This document shows, piece after piece, positions 1-31,551 of a DNA stretch of 64,000 nt (position 1 is its first letter; each line of letters starts with the position of its first letter). The stretch is from NCBI RefSeq assembly GCF_009914755.1, contig NC_060927.1; one strand, 5' to 3'. Source of the stretch: the human T2T-CHM13v2.0 reference genome, Homo sapiens. The notes beneath the pieces were generated by a model, which was given only the letters and a program-made list of their open reading frames with translations, ran no database searches and had not been told where the DNA came from. Both the position numbers and the translations under genes were made by a program.

Positions 1-580
1 TTTATTTGTAAAAATAAGCTTCATAGTTGGAATAATTCTTAGGGAAAGAAAATCAATTGATTAAATAATTCCATGTCTTAAATCGGGTTACTGAAATGAA
101 AGTTGTACCTGCTGTAATGGGAAAAAATGGTCATTTCCCAGTGGGCTTCAGTGATGTGTTGGAAGGAAGAGTGTGGAGTGTAAGCAAGCAAATGATCATG
201 GTTGATTGTAGGTAAACAGAATCCTCATGGAAAAGTACATTCACGATTCTTTCCATTATGTGAAAAATAATACTAGTTAAAAAAAAATCAATAGCTTATA
301 CTATGTATGTGGCCACCCTGAAAGGTCACATAAGCAGAATTTTGATATCCTTGGCATTACTTTCCAAGGTGACTTTGCATTTCACAGGTTTGAAACATTC
401 TAAGACTTCACTTCTGCACAGCTTGGAAAAATAATTTCCAGGTCTTTTTTGAGTTGTGCATCTTATCAAGTGATTGTGCTATCCCCAACCATCTCCCTTC
501 TTCTATTATGTTGTGAAATTTAAAATGAGTTAAAACATTTGTTAAGAAGACTCTGGTGTGTCACTGGACCAATGTATTTT

Positions 581-715
581 TTAAATTTATTATTCTTTTT
601 TATTATACTTTAAGTTTTAGTGTACATGAGCACAATGTGCGGGTTTTTTACATATGTATACATGTGCCATGTTGGTGTGCTGCACCCATTAACTCTTCAT
701 TTAACATTAGGTATA
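581..715 (-). mobile_element. Very short 5'-truncated L1PA 3' end
   Basis: T-rich tail followed by the antisense L1PA 3'UTR (tattatactttaagtttt...acattaggtata); imperfect TSD-like ggaccaa(t)g(t)atttt at 566-580 and 717-729. Confidence 0.9.
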
Positions 716-796
716 AGGACCAAGATTTTGTGGTTTACCTCTTGGTATGCTACAGGAAGTAATCCTTTTGTGTTTCTCAAAAGAGGTTACCTAGAG

Positions 797-1229
797 CAGC
801 GATTCTGAAGCTTTTGGGTCTCAAGAACTCTTTGTAATCTTAAAAATTGTTGAGAATTCCAAATAATTTTTGTTTATGTGAGTTGTAGCTATTAATATAT
901 GCCATACTTGAAATCAACATTGAGAAAAATAGAAAATATTTCTGCAATTAATTAATGAAAAAATAACATTAATACACCCATTATATATTAGCATAATTTT
1001 TTCTGAAAAATAATTATAGCATGAAGGGCTATTGAATTTTGTCCAAGCCCTTTTCTGCATCTTTTTCAAAACAAAAACAATGTAGTGAGGAGGATGGCAT
1101 TGTTTTACATTCTTGCAAATCTGTTCATTGTCTTAATAGGACACAGCTGGTTTCTCATAGCTGCTGCTTGCATTCAGTTTGTTGTGATATTGCATGTCAT
1201 ATATTCTGGAAAACTCCACTTACATTCTT
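797..1229. mobile_element. hAT-Charlie DNA transposon (MER119-like), left part, interrupted by L1#1
   Basis: Starts cagcgattctgaagcttttgggtctcaag (Charlie-type TIR) and continues after the L1 TSD at 7405. Confidence 0.7.
1017..1062 (-). mobile_element. 46 bp internal L1 ORF2 fragment with no tail and no TSD
   Basis: 43/46 identical to 4194-4239 of the adjacent L1. Confidence 0.85.
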
Positions 1230-1974
1230 TTATTTATTTATTTATTTATTTATTTATTTTTTACTTGTACTTTTTTCTCACTCTCTTCTTTTTTTTATGA
1301 TACTTTAAGTTCTAGGGTACATGTGCACAACATGCATGTTTGTTACATATGTATACATGTGCCATATATTGGCACATACATTGGTGTGCTGCACCCATTA
1401 ACTCGTTATTTACATTAGGTATATCTCCTAATGCTATCCCTCTCCCCTCCCCCTACCCCACGACAGGCCCTGGTGTATGATGTTCCCCACCCTGTGTCTA
1501 AGTGTTCTCATTGTTCAATTCCCACCTATGAGTGAGAACATGCAGTGTTTGGTTTTCTGTCCTTGCAATAGTTTGCTGAGAATGATGTTTTCCAGCTTCA
1601 TCCATGTACCTACAAAGGACATGAACTCATCCTTTTTATGGCTGCATAGTATTCCATGGTGTATATGTGCCACATTTTCTTAATCCAGTCTATCATGATG
1701 GACATTTGGGTTGGTTCCAAGTCTTTGCTATTGTGAATAGTGCCACAATAAACATACGTCTGCATGTGTCTTTATAGCAGCATGATTTATAATCCTTTGG
1801 GTATATACCCAGTAATGGGATGGCTGGGTCAAATGGTATTTCCAGTTCTAGATCCTTGAGGAATCATCACACTGTCTTCCACAATGGTTGAACTAGTTTA
1901 CAGTCCCATCAACAGTGTAAAAATGTTCCCATTTCTCCACATCCTCTCCAGCACCTGTTGTTTCCTGACTTTTT

Positions 1975-6034
<4,060 letters not shown>

Positions 6035-6097
6035 TATGATGTTAGCTGGTTATTTTGCTTGTTAGTTGATGCAGTTTCTTCCTAGCATTGATGATCT

Positions 6098-7122
6098 TTA
6101 CAATTTGGCATGTTTTTGCAGTGGTTGGTACTGGTTGTTCCTTTCCATGTTTAGTGCTTCCTTCAGGAGCTCTTGTAAGTCAGGCCTGGTGGTGACAAAA
6201 TCTCTCAGCATTTCCTTGTCTGTAAAGTATTTTATTTCTCCTTCACTTATGAAGCTTAGTTTGGCTGGATATGAAATTCTGGGTTGAAAATTCTTTTCTT
6301 TAAGAATGTTGAATATTGGCCCCCATTCTCTTCTGGCTTGTAGAGTTTCTGCGGAGAGATCAGCTGTTAGTCTGATGGGCTTCCCTTTGTGGGTAACCCG
6401 ACTTTTCTCTCTGGCTGCCCTTAACACTTTTTCCTTCATTTCAACTTTGTTGAATCTGACAATTATGTGTCTTGGAGTTGTTCTTCTCGAGGAGTGTCTT
6501 TGTGGCGTACTCTGTGTTTCCTGAATTTCAATGTTGGCCTGCCTTGCTAGGTTGGGGAAGTTCTCCTGGATAATACACTGCAGAGTGTTTTCCAACTTGG
6601 TTCCATTCTCCGCATCACTTTCAGGTACACCAATCAGACGTAGATTTGATCTTTTCACATAGTCTCATATTTCTTGGAGGCTTTGTTTGTTTCTTTTCAC
6701 TCTTTTTTCTCTAAACTTCTCTTCTCGTTTCATTTCATTCATTTGATCTTCAGTCACTGATACCCTTTCTTCCACTGGATCAAATCGGCTACTGAAGCTT
6801 GTGCACGCATCACGTAGTTCTCGTGCCATGGTTTTCTGCTCCATCAGGTCATTTAAGATCTTCTCTACACTGTTTATTGTAGTTAGCTATTCGTCTAACT
6901 TTTTTCAAGGTTTTTAGCTTCTTTGTGATGGTTTCGAACATCCCCCTTTATCTCAGAGAAGTTCGTTATTACTGATCATCTGAAGCCTTCTTCTCTCAAC
7001 TCGTCAAAGTCATTCTCTGTCCAGCTTTGTTCCGTTGCTGGCGAAGAGCTGCGTTCCTTTGGAGGAGGAGAGGCACTCTCATTTTTAGGCTTTCCAGTTT
7101 TTCTGCTCTGTTTTTTTCCCAT
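6098..7122 (-). pseudogene. L1#1 ORF1, disrupted
   Basis: ORF 6098..6658 (RLIGVPESDAENG...); ATG at 7120-7122. Confidence 0.88.
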
Positions 7123-7404
7123 CTTTGTGGTTTTATCTACCTTTGGTCTTTGATGATGGTTGCATACAGATGGGTTTTTGGTGTGGATGTCCTTTCTGTT
7201 TGTTAGTTTTCCTTCTAACAGACAGGACCCTCAGCTGCAGGTCTGTTGGAGTTTGCTGGAGGTCCACTCCAGACCGTTTGTCTGGGTATCACCAGTGGAG
7301 GCTGCAGAACAGCAAATATTGCAGAACAGCAAATGTTGCTGCCTGATCCTTCCTCTGGAAGCTTCACCTAAGAGGGGCACCCGGCTATATCCACTTACAT
7401 TCTT

Positions 7405-7533
7405 GAGAGAATGAAGGTAAAAAAGGTAAGTCATGTTTTAATATTATTATGAAAACAGTTGTGCCTTTATGAACCCTGTAAAAGAGTTTCAGGGACCCTC
7501 AGGGGCCTCTGGGCTATACTTTAAGAACCACTG
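7405..7533. mobile_element. hAT-Charlie (MER119-like) right part
   Basis: Ends tactttaagaaccactg (TIR); flanks acctagag and gtctggag resemble a degenerate 8-bp hAT TSD. Confidence 0.7.
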
Positions 7534-9289
7534 GTCTGGAGGGATAGTACCAGATCCAATGGAGCATGTCCTTTGTTACAGGGCTGCCTTACATGTCCTC
7601 ACAAGAAGCCATGTATACATATTTTATATGCAACCTCAGCATTCCTGGTTATTTTGTTTTCTGAGTCCCTAGTAGATTACAAGCCAGAGGATTTGAAGTC
7701 TGACATCCCAAGTTGAGAAATGGTCAGTGACAGCAAGGGAGAAGATACAAATAGTACAGAAACAGGTACAAATCCCAAAGGCATAACATACTGTAAATAA
7801 GAAGGCAACAAAAAAATTATGTCATTTTAGAAAGACTGTGGAGAACCAAGATTTCTTCCTGAATAAGCCCACATGCCCCCGCAGGTTTTCTGGCATTATG
7901 CTCTCTGGATCTGGGGCTTCCTCTCCTCGTAGTAGAAGGTGCTGGATGTGAGCACAGCTTCCCACAAGGCCTCCAGAGCTGGGCATCTGGTGATCCTGGC
8001 ACTCCTTTGCAAAGGTGGCACCCAAACTCAGACAGTGTGTCCTGATTATGAGACAGTTCTATTCTTCCTCTAAAAAAGGGAAAATAGTAGAGATCTGAAG
8101 CTACCTCCTGTAGCACAGATGCAAGTTGTGTCCAGCTGTGCTTGGCCCACTGGGGCCTCACCATGTGCTGTTGAGTGAACAGTAAATGTGTGCATTTCTT
8201 GCCTGTTGCCTGTGAGTTTCAGCCTGCACCTAGTAATACCCTGGTGTTTATCAGGACCCTCTGCTCCAAAGACATTCATCCAAATGGATTAAAACTTGAG
8301 TGTGTGTGTGTTGGGGCGGGGGGCGGAGTGGGGGGGCAGTGAGACCTAAAGCAGCATCCCATGTAGTTTTTAACTTATGTGGGATCCTTCGTTCTTCAAG
8401 GATTCTGGATAAATGAAGCATAATAACATATTCAGTTGCTTCAGAGTAGAAAGTCTTAAAAGCTAATTACTTTAAAGCCATTTAAACACATTGAAAGAAT
8501 TTGAAGAGTTCTTTCTCCAATACCCTCCAAGTAAATTAGAACTTAGAAAATGAGGTGAAAGGAATAAAAGGTTCTAACACTTCTATTTAGTGGTTAAGAA
8601 AATTTCCTTTAGTGCTTTTGAAACATTTTCAAAGTAGAAGTGCTTTTGGCTTCTACGTAGCTTTGTAAAGTACTGTGTCCCAGCATGAAGTGGCTGTGTT
8701 TAGTAACACTGCTGAGTCCCTGCATGAAAAATGTGCCCCAACCACATTCGCCTTGGTCAGTCAGACTGAGTTGAAAGGATTTCCAACAGCTCTCCCCCTC
8801 CAGGCTGTCTTGAGTGTGGGCCGTAACTTTTGATAAATGTGTCTAATCTCAGTGCTGCAGTAGCTTAAAAATAGTGTCTGATATTCCAATTCAGTAGAAA
8901 AATTAATATTTCCCTTAAAACATTCTCTTAGATTTTCTCTCAATTAAAGAGAAATGGAAGATTTTTGAAGGATTGGACAATATTCAACTGTGTTTGTGAC
9001 AGAATTTCCTCAGCTGTTGATGTATGGTGGTAGTTTTCCCTTGTAACGTCTATCGTTGAACCACACACTGGAAGTTTAAATGAAACTTTTTTTTGCTTTT
9101 GTGGCTCTATAAACAATAAAAAGCAATATAGTGCTGCCCAGTTTAAAGAGAGCAGAGTAAAATGTCCCAGCTCCATCTTCTCTCTCAAATCACATCAAAG
9201 AAACAGAGAATAAGAAATGGACATAAAAACTCAATTTTGTTAAAAACTAGGAGAAGCAAGTTGATTTGTTCTACAGGTAAACAAGTTAA

Positions 9290-10661
<1,372 letters not shown>

Positions 10662-11089
10662 TATTTTTATTATTTTAAGGCCCATACCTAATAACTATAA
10701 TATCTGGGTCATCTGTTGTTCTGTTTCTATTGTCTGCTTTTTTCTCTTGGACCTGTCTCTTGGCATACAAGGAAATTTTTTATTAAATGCAAGATGTTGT
10801 GTTGAAAAATGATAGCTGCTTGGGCGATATTATCTTAGCCAAAAGAAGGTTTCTTTAGTTTCTGTCAGGCAGTTAAAGTAGGAGCACATTGCTTTAATTC
10901 AGTCACTGAGCTGATTTGAAATTGGATTTTAGTTTTTGGAAGGCCTGATCTTTTTAGATTCGACCTTACTCTTAGGATGTAATCCATCAGCAGTCCTAAT
11001 TAAATCTGGGGGTCAGAGCCCCTTGACCTTAATGGTTGTGAACTCTGATTTATATTCCCTCAGTTTGCAAGACTGCTGATAGCTTGTTT

Positions 11090-11192
11090 TCCACTTCCTT
11101 ACAGGTTTCTCCTGGGAGAATTTCCTTAATAAATAACTTGCACCTGAATTCTTGGCTTAGATTCTGTTTCTGGGAGAACCTGACCTAGGACA
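11090..11192 (+). mobile_element. ERVL LTR fragment (LTR16-like 3' end)
   Basis: ttccttaataaataacttgcacctgaattcttggcttagattctgtttctgggagaacctgacctaggaca. Confidence 0.55.
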
Positions 11193-11936
11193 ACATCTAT
11201 CAATAAAGCAAAATTAGATGAGCAGACAAAAGTAAAACTTAGGGATAAATAAATGCATCTCTCAATTACACTCAGGCCAAAACAGCCTACAAATTTCTGT
11301 GTTCCATCTTGAGGACTGTAAAAAAACTAACCTTGTTTTATTTTATTTTTGTGATTTATTTTATAGTTGCCCATTTATTTCTGCCTAAGCAGAAGTTGAA
11401 AGGAATAGAGGAAGAAATGCAGACTTAGATATACTGTCAGATACTTTGGTTTCTTTTTGGCTCAGCCTAACTCTGGTATGAAAACGCCACAGCTAGGGCC
11501 TGCCATCTAGGTGTTTTTCTAAAGAGATTGACTCCAAAACGTTTGAACTTCTTACTCACAATTTCTCAACCTGCTGTGTGCATCTGGAATTTGCTTTTAC
11601 ATCAGAGTGTTTTTTTTCTTCCTCATTTGGGCCCACGCTCATCTTCTAGTGGGCTTCCTGCAGGGTGTGGGACTGGCTGAGCATGACTTTGAAGCAATAC
11701 TGGGGATCCTGTAAGTTCTGGAATATTTTCTCTGTTATCTTTAGAGACAAAATTAGTGACAGTTTTCTCTTGACTTCCATTTTGATCTCAGGAAAAGCAG
11801 AATAGTTTTCCTGAAGATCCTCAAATCTACATTCAGTAAAAGAGAATTTGCCCAGAATATAAATAAGAGATTTAAAATAGATTTTTTAAAGAAAAACGTA
11901 AACTGGTTTATTGTACCAAATCTTAAACTTAGATGG

Positions 11937-15827
<3,891 letters not shown>

Positions 15828-16340
15828 TGTATTAGTCAGGGTTCTCCAGAGAAACAGAACCAATAGGATATATGTGTGTGTGTGTTTGTTGATTTATTAT
15901 GAGGAATTGTCTCATATGATTATGGAGGTACAGTGCAGTTGGACGGCTTGAAACTCAGCAGAATCTATGGCGTGGTTCTAGTTCCTGAGAATCAGGAGAG
16001 CTGATAATGTAAGTTTCAGTCTAAAAGCTAGCAGGCTTGAGACCTAAGAAAGGCCAATGTTTCAGTTCAAGTCTAAAGACAGGAAAAGTCTGATGTCTCA
16101 TCTTACAGCAGTCAGGCAGCAGGAGTTCCCTCTTACCTCGTGTTTTTGTTCTACTCAGGCCTGCAATTGACTGGATAAGGCCTATCCACATTAGGCAGGG
16201 CGGTGCCCTTTACTCAGTCTGCTGATTCAGATGTTATTCTCATTGAGAAACACTCTCACAGATAAATACAGAATAGTGCTTGACTATATGCCTGGGCACC
16301 GTGTGGCCCAGTCTAGTTGACATATAAAATTAACCAGTGT
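15828..16340 (-). mobile_element. MLT2 LTR (5' LTR of the HERV-L)
   Basis: tgtattagtcagggttctccagagaaacagaaccaatagga...ttgacatataaaattaacc. Confidence 0.88.
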
Positions 16341-16699
16341 GGGTGGGCTTTTACATAATCAATGCTTTACAGTTTATATTGACTGTTTATTCATAGCTCT
16401 GAGACAAATTATTTTTGTAACAATTTTGTAGGTGAGGAAACTAGGTCCAGGGAGATACCCAAGCAACTTGTCCACGAATGAGCCAAGTCTAGAGCCTAAT
16501 GATTACTGACATTAAATTCAGCTTTTTCTACCACTTTGTAATATAATTGTAGAGGTGGTATTGTGGATATAGTGGCTTAGAAACTGGGCTTCGAAATTAT
16601 TCTGCATGGGTTTGAATGTCACCTCATCTACTTATTAATCGTGGGGCCTTGGGAAAGTTACTTAGATTTTTTTAAACATTTGTTTCCAAACCTTTACAT

Positions 16700-18200
16700 T
16701 GGGATTTATCTAAAATTCGTATGGAAGATGAAGAGTAAAGATGAGGCAAGACTATTTGAAAGATATCAGCGATAGGGAGAGATTAATTCTGCCTGATATT
16801 AAGACTACTTATGAAATTATCGCATTAAAATGAAATAGTATCAGCCTAGAGATAGACCAGTAAAAGCAGACTAAGAAAGCAGAACACAGAGCCTAGAAAC
16901 AGACCTACAACATGTGGGAATGTGCATTAAGTCAAAGGTAGCATTAAAATCAGTGGAGAACACATAGATGGATTAATCAATAAAGGGGGCTCAGATAATT
17001 GATGGTTCATATTGGATAAGATAAAATTAGATAACTACCATATGTAAAGATACATTCAGATGTACTAAAACCTGAATGTGAAAAGGAAAATATAGAAAAA
17101 TGTTATGATAATTGGGTAGGGCGAGATTTCTTATACAAAGCAAAAAATGGACACACACATACACACACAGAAAAAGGGAGGATTAATGTATCCATGGACA
17201 TTAAAAATAAAGCAAAAACCAAACAAAACTTCTGTTCAACAAATGATACTGTGAGCAAAGACAAACTCAGACTAAGATATTTATAATGCATATAATCAAC
17301 AGAAAAATGCAATCTATAAATAGAATATATATAAAAGTCACAAATTGTAAGAAAAAGGCAAACAACTCAATAGAAAGTAGGTAAATGTTATAAACTGGCA
17401 ATGTAGGGAGGAGAAACCTGAATAGTCAAAGCACATATGAAAAATATTGAAACACATTTGTAATTTGGCTTATGAAAGTTGAAACATTCATTAGAAACTA
17501 TTTCACAACCATCAGACTGCCCCAAGATTAAGAAATTAGATAACACCAAGTGTTTTCAAGGATGTGGAGAAAGTCACTTTTATACTTTGCTGATGGAAGT
17601 ATAAACAAGTATAACTCATTTGGAGAAAGAAAATAGAAATATATAACAAAGCTGAAGATGAACATACTCTATTTTCATACTCTACACCAGGGGTCAGCAA
17701 ACTATGGCCTTTGGGCCAAATCTGGCCCGCCACCTGTTTTGTTAAATCAACTCTTATAAAAACCCAGCTGTGTGCATGCTTATTCGTTTATACAATGTTG
17801 ATGACTGTTTTCATGCTACCTGACAGAGTAATGGCAACAGAGACCATATGGCCCACAAAGCCTGAACTATTTGCTACCTGTCTCTTTACAGAAAAAGGTT
17901 TCTGATTCCTGCCCTTGATTTTAGAGAAACTCTCATATGCATACACACTGAAAAATGCCCAAGGATATTCTTTGCTACTGTTTTTGATTAAAAAAATAGG
18001 ATATATCCTTTTTTCACCAGTAGAAGGGATAAATAAAATGTGTTCTTTTTTCTTTTTTTCAATTTTTTTCTATAGTAGAATACTATACAGTAATTAAAAT
18101 AACTAGACATGTATGAAATAACTAGTACAGATATCAATATGGATAAATTTCAACATACTGGTAAGTGGAAAAAAGCAAGTTTCAAAATAATACCCACTAT
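16700..18200 (+). mobile_element. Old L1M ORF2/3' fossil
   Basis: Degenerate L1 ORF2 C-terminal sequence (cagagcctagaaacagacc, caaggatgtggagaaa). Confidence 0.7.
17688..17911. mobile_element. MER58A (hAT-Charlie MITE)
   Basis: caggggtcagcaaactatggcc...aaaggtttctgattcctg terminal inverted repeats. Confidence 0.85.
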
Positions 18201-18825
18201 TATAACTACCTTGTTCTTCTCCTCCTTGGTCCCATGAAATAATTGTTTTACACAGTGATTGTCAGTGGATTGGAATCATTAGTTATATGTAGGTGGGGAA
18301 TGATCACTATCATGAATGTCACTATAAATGGAACAACAACATATTGGGTAACTCCTGATGTAATGCATTTATAAAATACACTTTGTCTATGAAATATTTT
18401 TGACCAAAAAAATGAAACTAAATCTAACCAAGCTTCTAGAGTTAATTACACTACAGAGTAGCAAAGGGACACATTTGGGATGTGGGGCATTATGCAGGAA
18501 TATTATGTGGATTTTGCAAATCACAGGGAAATGCTAAAGGGAAAAAAGTGTGTGTGCATGTGTGTGTGTGTGCATGTGTGCTCCTTTAGGTTAAAAGAAA
18601 CTCAAACATAAACAAATGTAGTGTATTACATTGTTTATACCTTGATTCAAACAAATCAACTGTGAAAGAAATTTTTAAGACAGTTAGGGAAATTGGGTTG
18701 TAGTATGGGTTGATATCTTAGGTGTGATAATGTGATTGTATTTATGTTTAGATTTTCAGAGAAATGCATACTGCATACAATACATAGCAGTGAAATTATA
18801 CAACGTAATTTTTTTGAAGAAGCGA

Positions 18826-19392
18826 TTTTATTTATTTATTTATTATTTTTCTTCCAACTTTTATTTTAGATCCAGGGGATATATGTGCAGGTTTGACAAG
18901 GATAAATTGCATGTCACTGGGGTTTGGGTAATAAAATGATTTTATTACCCAGGTAGTGAGCATAGTACCCAATAGATAGTTTTCTATCCTCCCCCTCCTC
19001 CTACCCTCTACCCTTAAGTAAGCCCTGGTATCTATTCTTCCCCTTTTTGTGTCCATGTGTACTCAGTGTTTGGCTCCAACTTCTAAGTGAGAACATGCAG
19101 TATTTGTTTTTTCATTCCTGCATCAATTTTCTTAGGACAATCGCCTCCAGCTGCATCTGTTTTGCTGCAAGGGACATGATTTCATCTCTTGTATTGCTGT
19201 GTAGTATTCCATGGTTTATATGTACCACATTTTCTTTATCCAGTCCACCGTTGACGGGCATGTAGGTTGATCCTATGTCTTTGCTATTGTGAAAAGTGCT
19301 GTGATAAACAGACAACTGCATGTATCTTTATGGTAGAATGATTTATATTCCTTTGGGTATATACCCAATAATGGGATTGCTGGGTCAAATGT
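18826..19392 (-). mobile_element. Older L1PA (PA13-16-like) 3' end
   Basis: ccaacttttattttaga...acccaggtagtgagcatagtacccaatag. Confidence 0.8.
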
Positions 19393-19647
19393 ATGTAATT
19401 TATTTTAAAATACTTCAGCAAAAAAAACCAAAAAAAAACTATGAAAAAACAAGAGCTGATTAAGCAAATGTAGCAAAGTTTTGATAATTATTGAATTTGG
19501 GTGACGAATTTACAGAAGTTTGCTGTGTTACTCTCTCTACTTTTTTAATATTTGAAGATTTTCATAATAAAAAAGGCTCTTTTCAGAATTTGACCATTTT
19601 CTCACTCCTTACACTATTACTATCCTGGTTCAAGCCATCACCTTCTT

Positions 19648-20544
19648 TTTTTTTTTGAGTATTTAAGTTTTATTCAGGTTTCACTTTATATTATATTTTA
19701 GTGTTGTTTGAGTTATTTACTTGAAAATGTCTGATACTATTTTTTCTTTTCTTATTATTTGTATTTGCATATATTTTCACAAATTTTTATGTAACTTCAA
19801 AGTAACCATTTTCAAGACTTAAGTTTTTAAGAATATTTTTAGGTTCACAGCATAATTGAGAATAAAGTACCAAGGTTTTCCATATATCTCCTTCCCCCAC
19901 CACTGCACAGTCTCCCCAACTATCAACATCCCCCACTAGAGTGGGTACATTTGTTACAATTGATAAACATGTATTAATACATCAGTATCACCAAAAGTCC
20001 ATAGTTTATATTAGGATTCACTCTTGATGTTGCACATTTTACGGGTTTTGACAAATGTATAATGACATGTATCCACCATTATAATATCATAAAGAGTATT
20101 TTCACTGCCCAAAAAATCCTTTGTGCTTAACCAATCTCTGGCAACCACTGGTCTTCTTACTGGCTCCATAGTTTTGCCTTTTCCAGGATATCGCAAAGTT
20201 GGAATCACATAGTATGTAGTCTTTTCAGATTGGCTTTCTTCACTTATTAATATGTATCTAAGATCCTTTTTTTATTACACTTTAAGTTTTAGGGTACATG
20301 TGCACAACGTGCAGGTTTGTTACATATGTATACATGTGCATGTTGGTGTGATGCACCCATTAACTTGTCATTTACATTAGGTATATCTCCTAATGCTATC
20401 CCTCCCCACTCCCCCCACCCCACAACAGGCCCCGGTGTGTGATGTTCCCCATCCTGTGTCCAAGTGTTCTCATTGTTCAATTCCCACTTATGAGTGAGAA
20501 CACGCGGTGTTTGGTTTTCTGTCCTTGCGATAGTTTGCTCAGAA
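19648..20544 (-). mobile_element. 5'-truncated L1PA5-like insertion with ~610 bp 3' transduction
   Basis: TSD tcaagccatc(a/g)ccttctt at 19630-19647 and 20545-20562; L1 body 20267-20544; AATAAA on minus at 19669-19674; poly(A) ~19646-19656. Confidence 0.88.
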
Positions 20545-20950
20545 TCAAGCCATCGCCTTCTTCCTATTGCAATCATCTTCTAACATGTTTCCCTACTTCT
20601 ACCCTTACCTTCATATAGGCTAATCCCAACATAGCAACCAGAGTGATTCTTTTAAAATGTAAGTCAGACCATGGCACTCCTCTGTGCAAAACCCTCCAGT
20701 GGCTCTCATCGCGGAGTAGCAGCTGAAGTCCTTACAGAGCCCTACTGCTCTTCACCCTCTGGTCCCCAGAGCTCTTCAGCATACTTCTCTGCCCTCATCT
20801 CACCGTCCTCTTTTCCTGCCTTGCTGTCCTTCATGTCATTGGTTTCCTTGTTATTTATTCGTTGGACACATCCAGCATGCTCTCACCTCAGGGCCTTTGC
20901 ACTTCCTGTTTCCTTTTACTGGATTGCTTTCTTGCAGGCTGTCTGTGTGA

Positions 20951-21388
<438 letters not shown>

Positions 21389-21536
21389 CTCAAATGTTAC
21401 TTTCTCAATGAGGCCAACCCATATCATCCTATTTAAAATTGCATTCTGCTTTCTACTCCTTGGTACACCCCTTCCCCTTTCCCTGCTTTAATCTCCTTGT
21501 AGCATTTCCCTTCATTTGACATACTATATATTTTAT

Positions 21537-26601
<5,065 letters not shown>

Positions 26602-27665
26602 ACATACTATATATTTTATGTATTTATTCTTCCATTGACTGCCTTCACCCTCAAGAATAAGAAGAGAGATTTTTGTCTGTTTTGTTCTTTGCTTTAGACT
26701 TAGTACCTAGAATAGAACCTGGCACCTATGAGATATTCAGTAATTTGAAAAATCTTGTTGATTGAATCTCATTTATTTCTCATCATTAATGAAAGATAGT
26801 ATTGCAGAAGACAAGAAAAAGGGTCTTGATTCACAGAGGTGTGGTTTGAATTTCAGATCTGCCGTTTGCTAGCTAGCAATGAGGCATTGGGTGAGCCATT
26901 TATGCTCTCTCAACCTCAGTTTGTTCATGTCTGAAGTGGAGAGAACACTTGTCCCTTGTGCTGTACGTGATTGCTATTAGGATCAAGATGAAAATTACTA
27001 TTCAAATATGAAGAATTATTACTAATAGGTAATGGTAATACTTACCATTTACTGAACACAATATGCTCCAGGCACTGTGTTGATAGTTTAATATATAAAG
27101 TATATGTAAAAATTTCATTTAATCATCACAATAGCCATACGAGCCAACTTAAAATTTAATTTTACAGATGAAGACACTGAGGCTCAAGGGTGTTAAAATG
27201 GCTTGTCCAAAGTCACTAACACAGTAAGCATCAGGTCAGATATTTTACTTGAGGCCTCTCTAAATCTTCTGTGTTGTGGAGCTAGGTTTTTATGGCTTTG
27301 AAAGTCACACATTTCTTCTTTAGCTAGTATGCTGCTGCTGTTTAACTCTAATTTTACTAAAAATAATTTAAGAGTCTTAGACAGCATTAAAATGACAATG
27401 CCTTTTTCTTTTCATTTTATTTTTTTGGTATTTTCTTTTCTTTTTTTAAATTTTATTATTGTGATACTTAAAGTTGTAGGGTACATGTGCACAATGTGCA
27501 GGTTTGTTACATATGTATACATGTGCCATTTTGGTGTTCTGCACCCATTAACTCGTCATTTAGCATTAGGTATATCTCCTAATGCTATCCCTCCCCCCTC
27601 CCCCCACCCCACAACAGTCCCCGGTGTGTGATGTTCCCCTTCCTGTGTCCATGTGTTCTCATTGT

Positions 27666-31488
<3,823 letters not shown>

Positions 31489-31551
31489 TATGATGTTAGC
31501 TGATTGTTTTGCTCGATAGTTGATGCAGTTTCTTCCTAGCCTTGACGGTCT

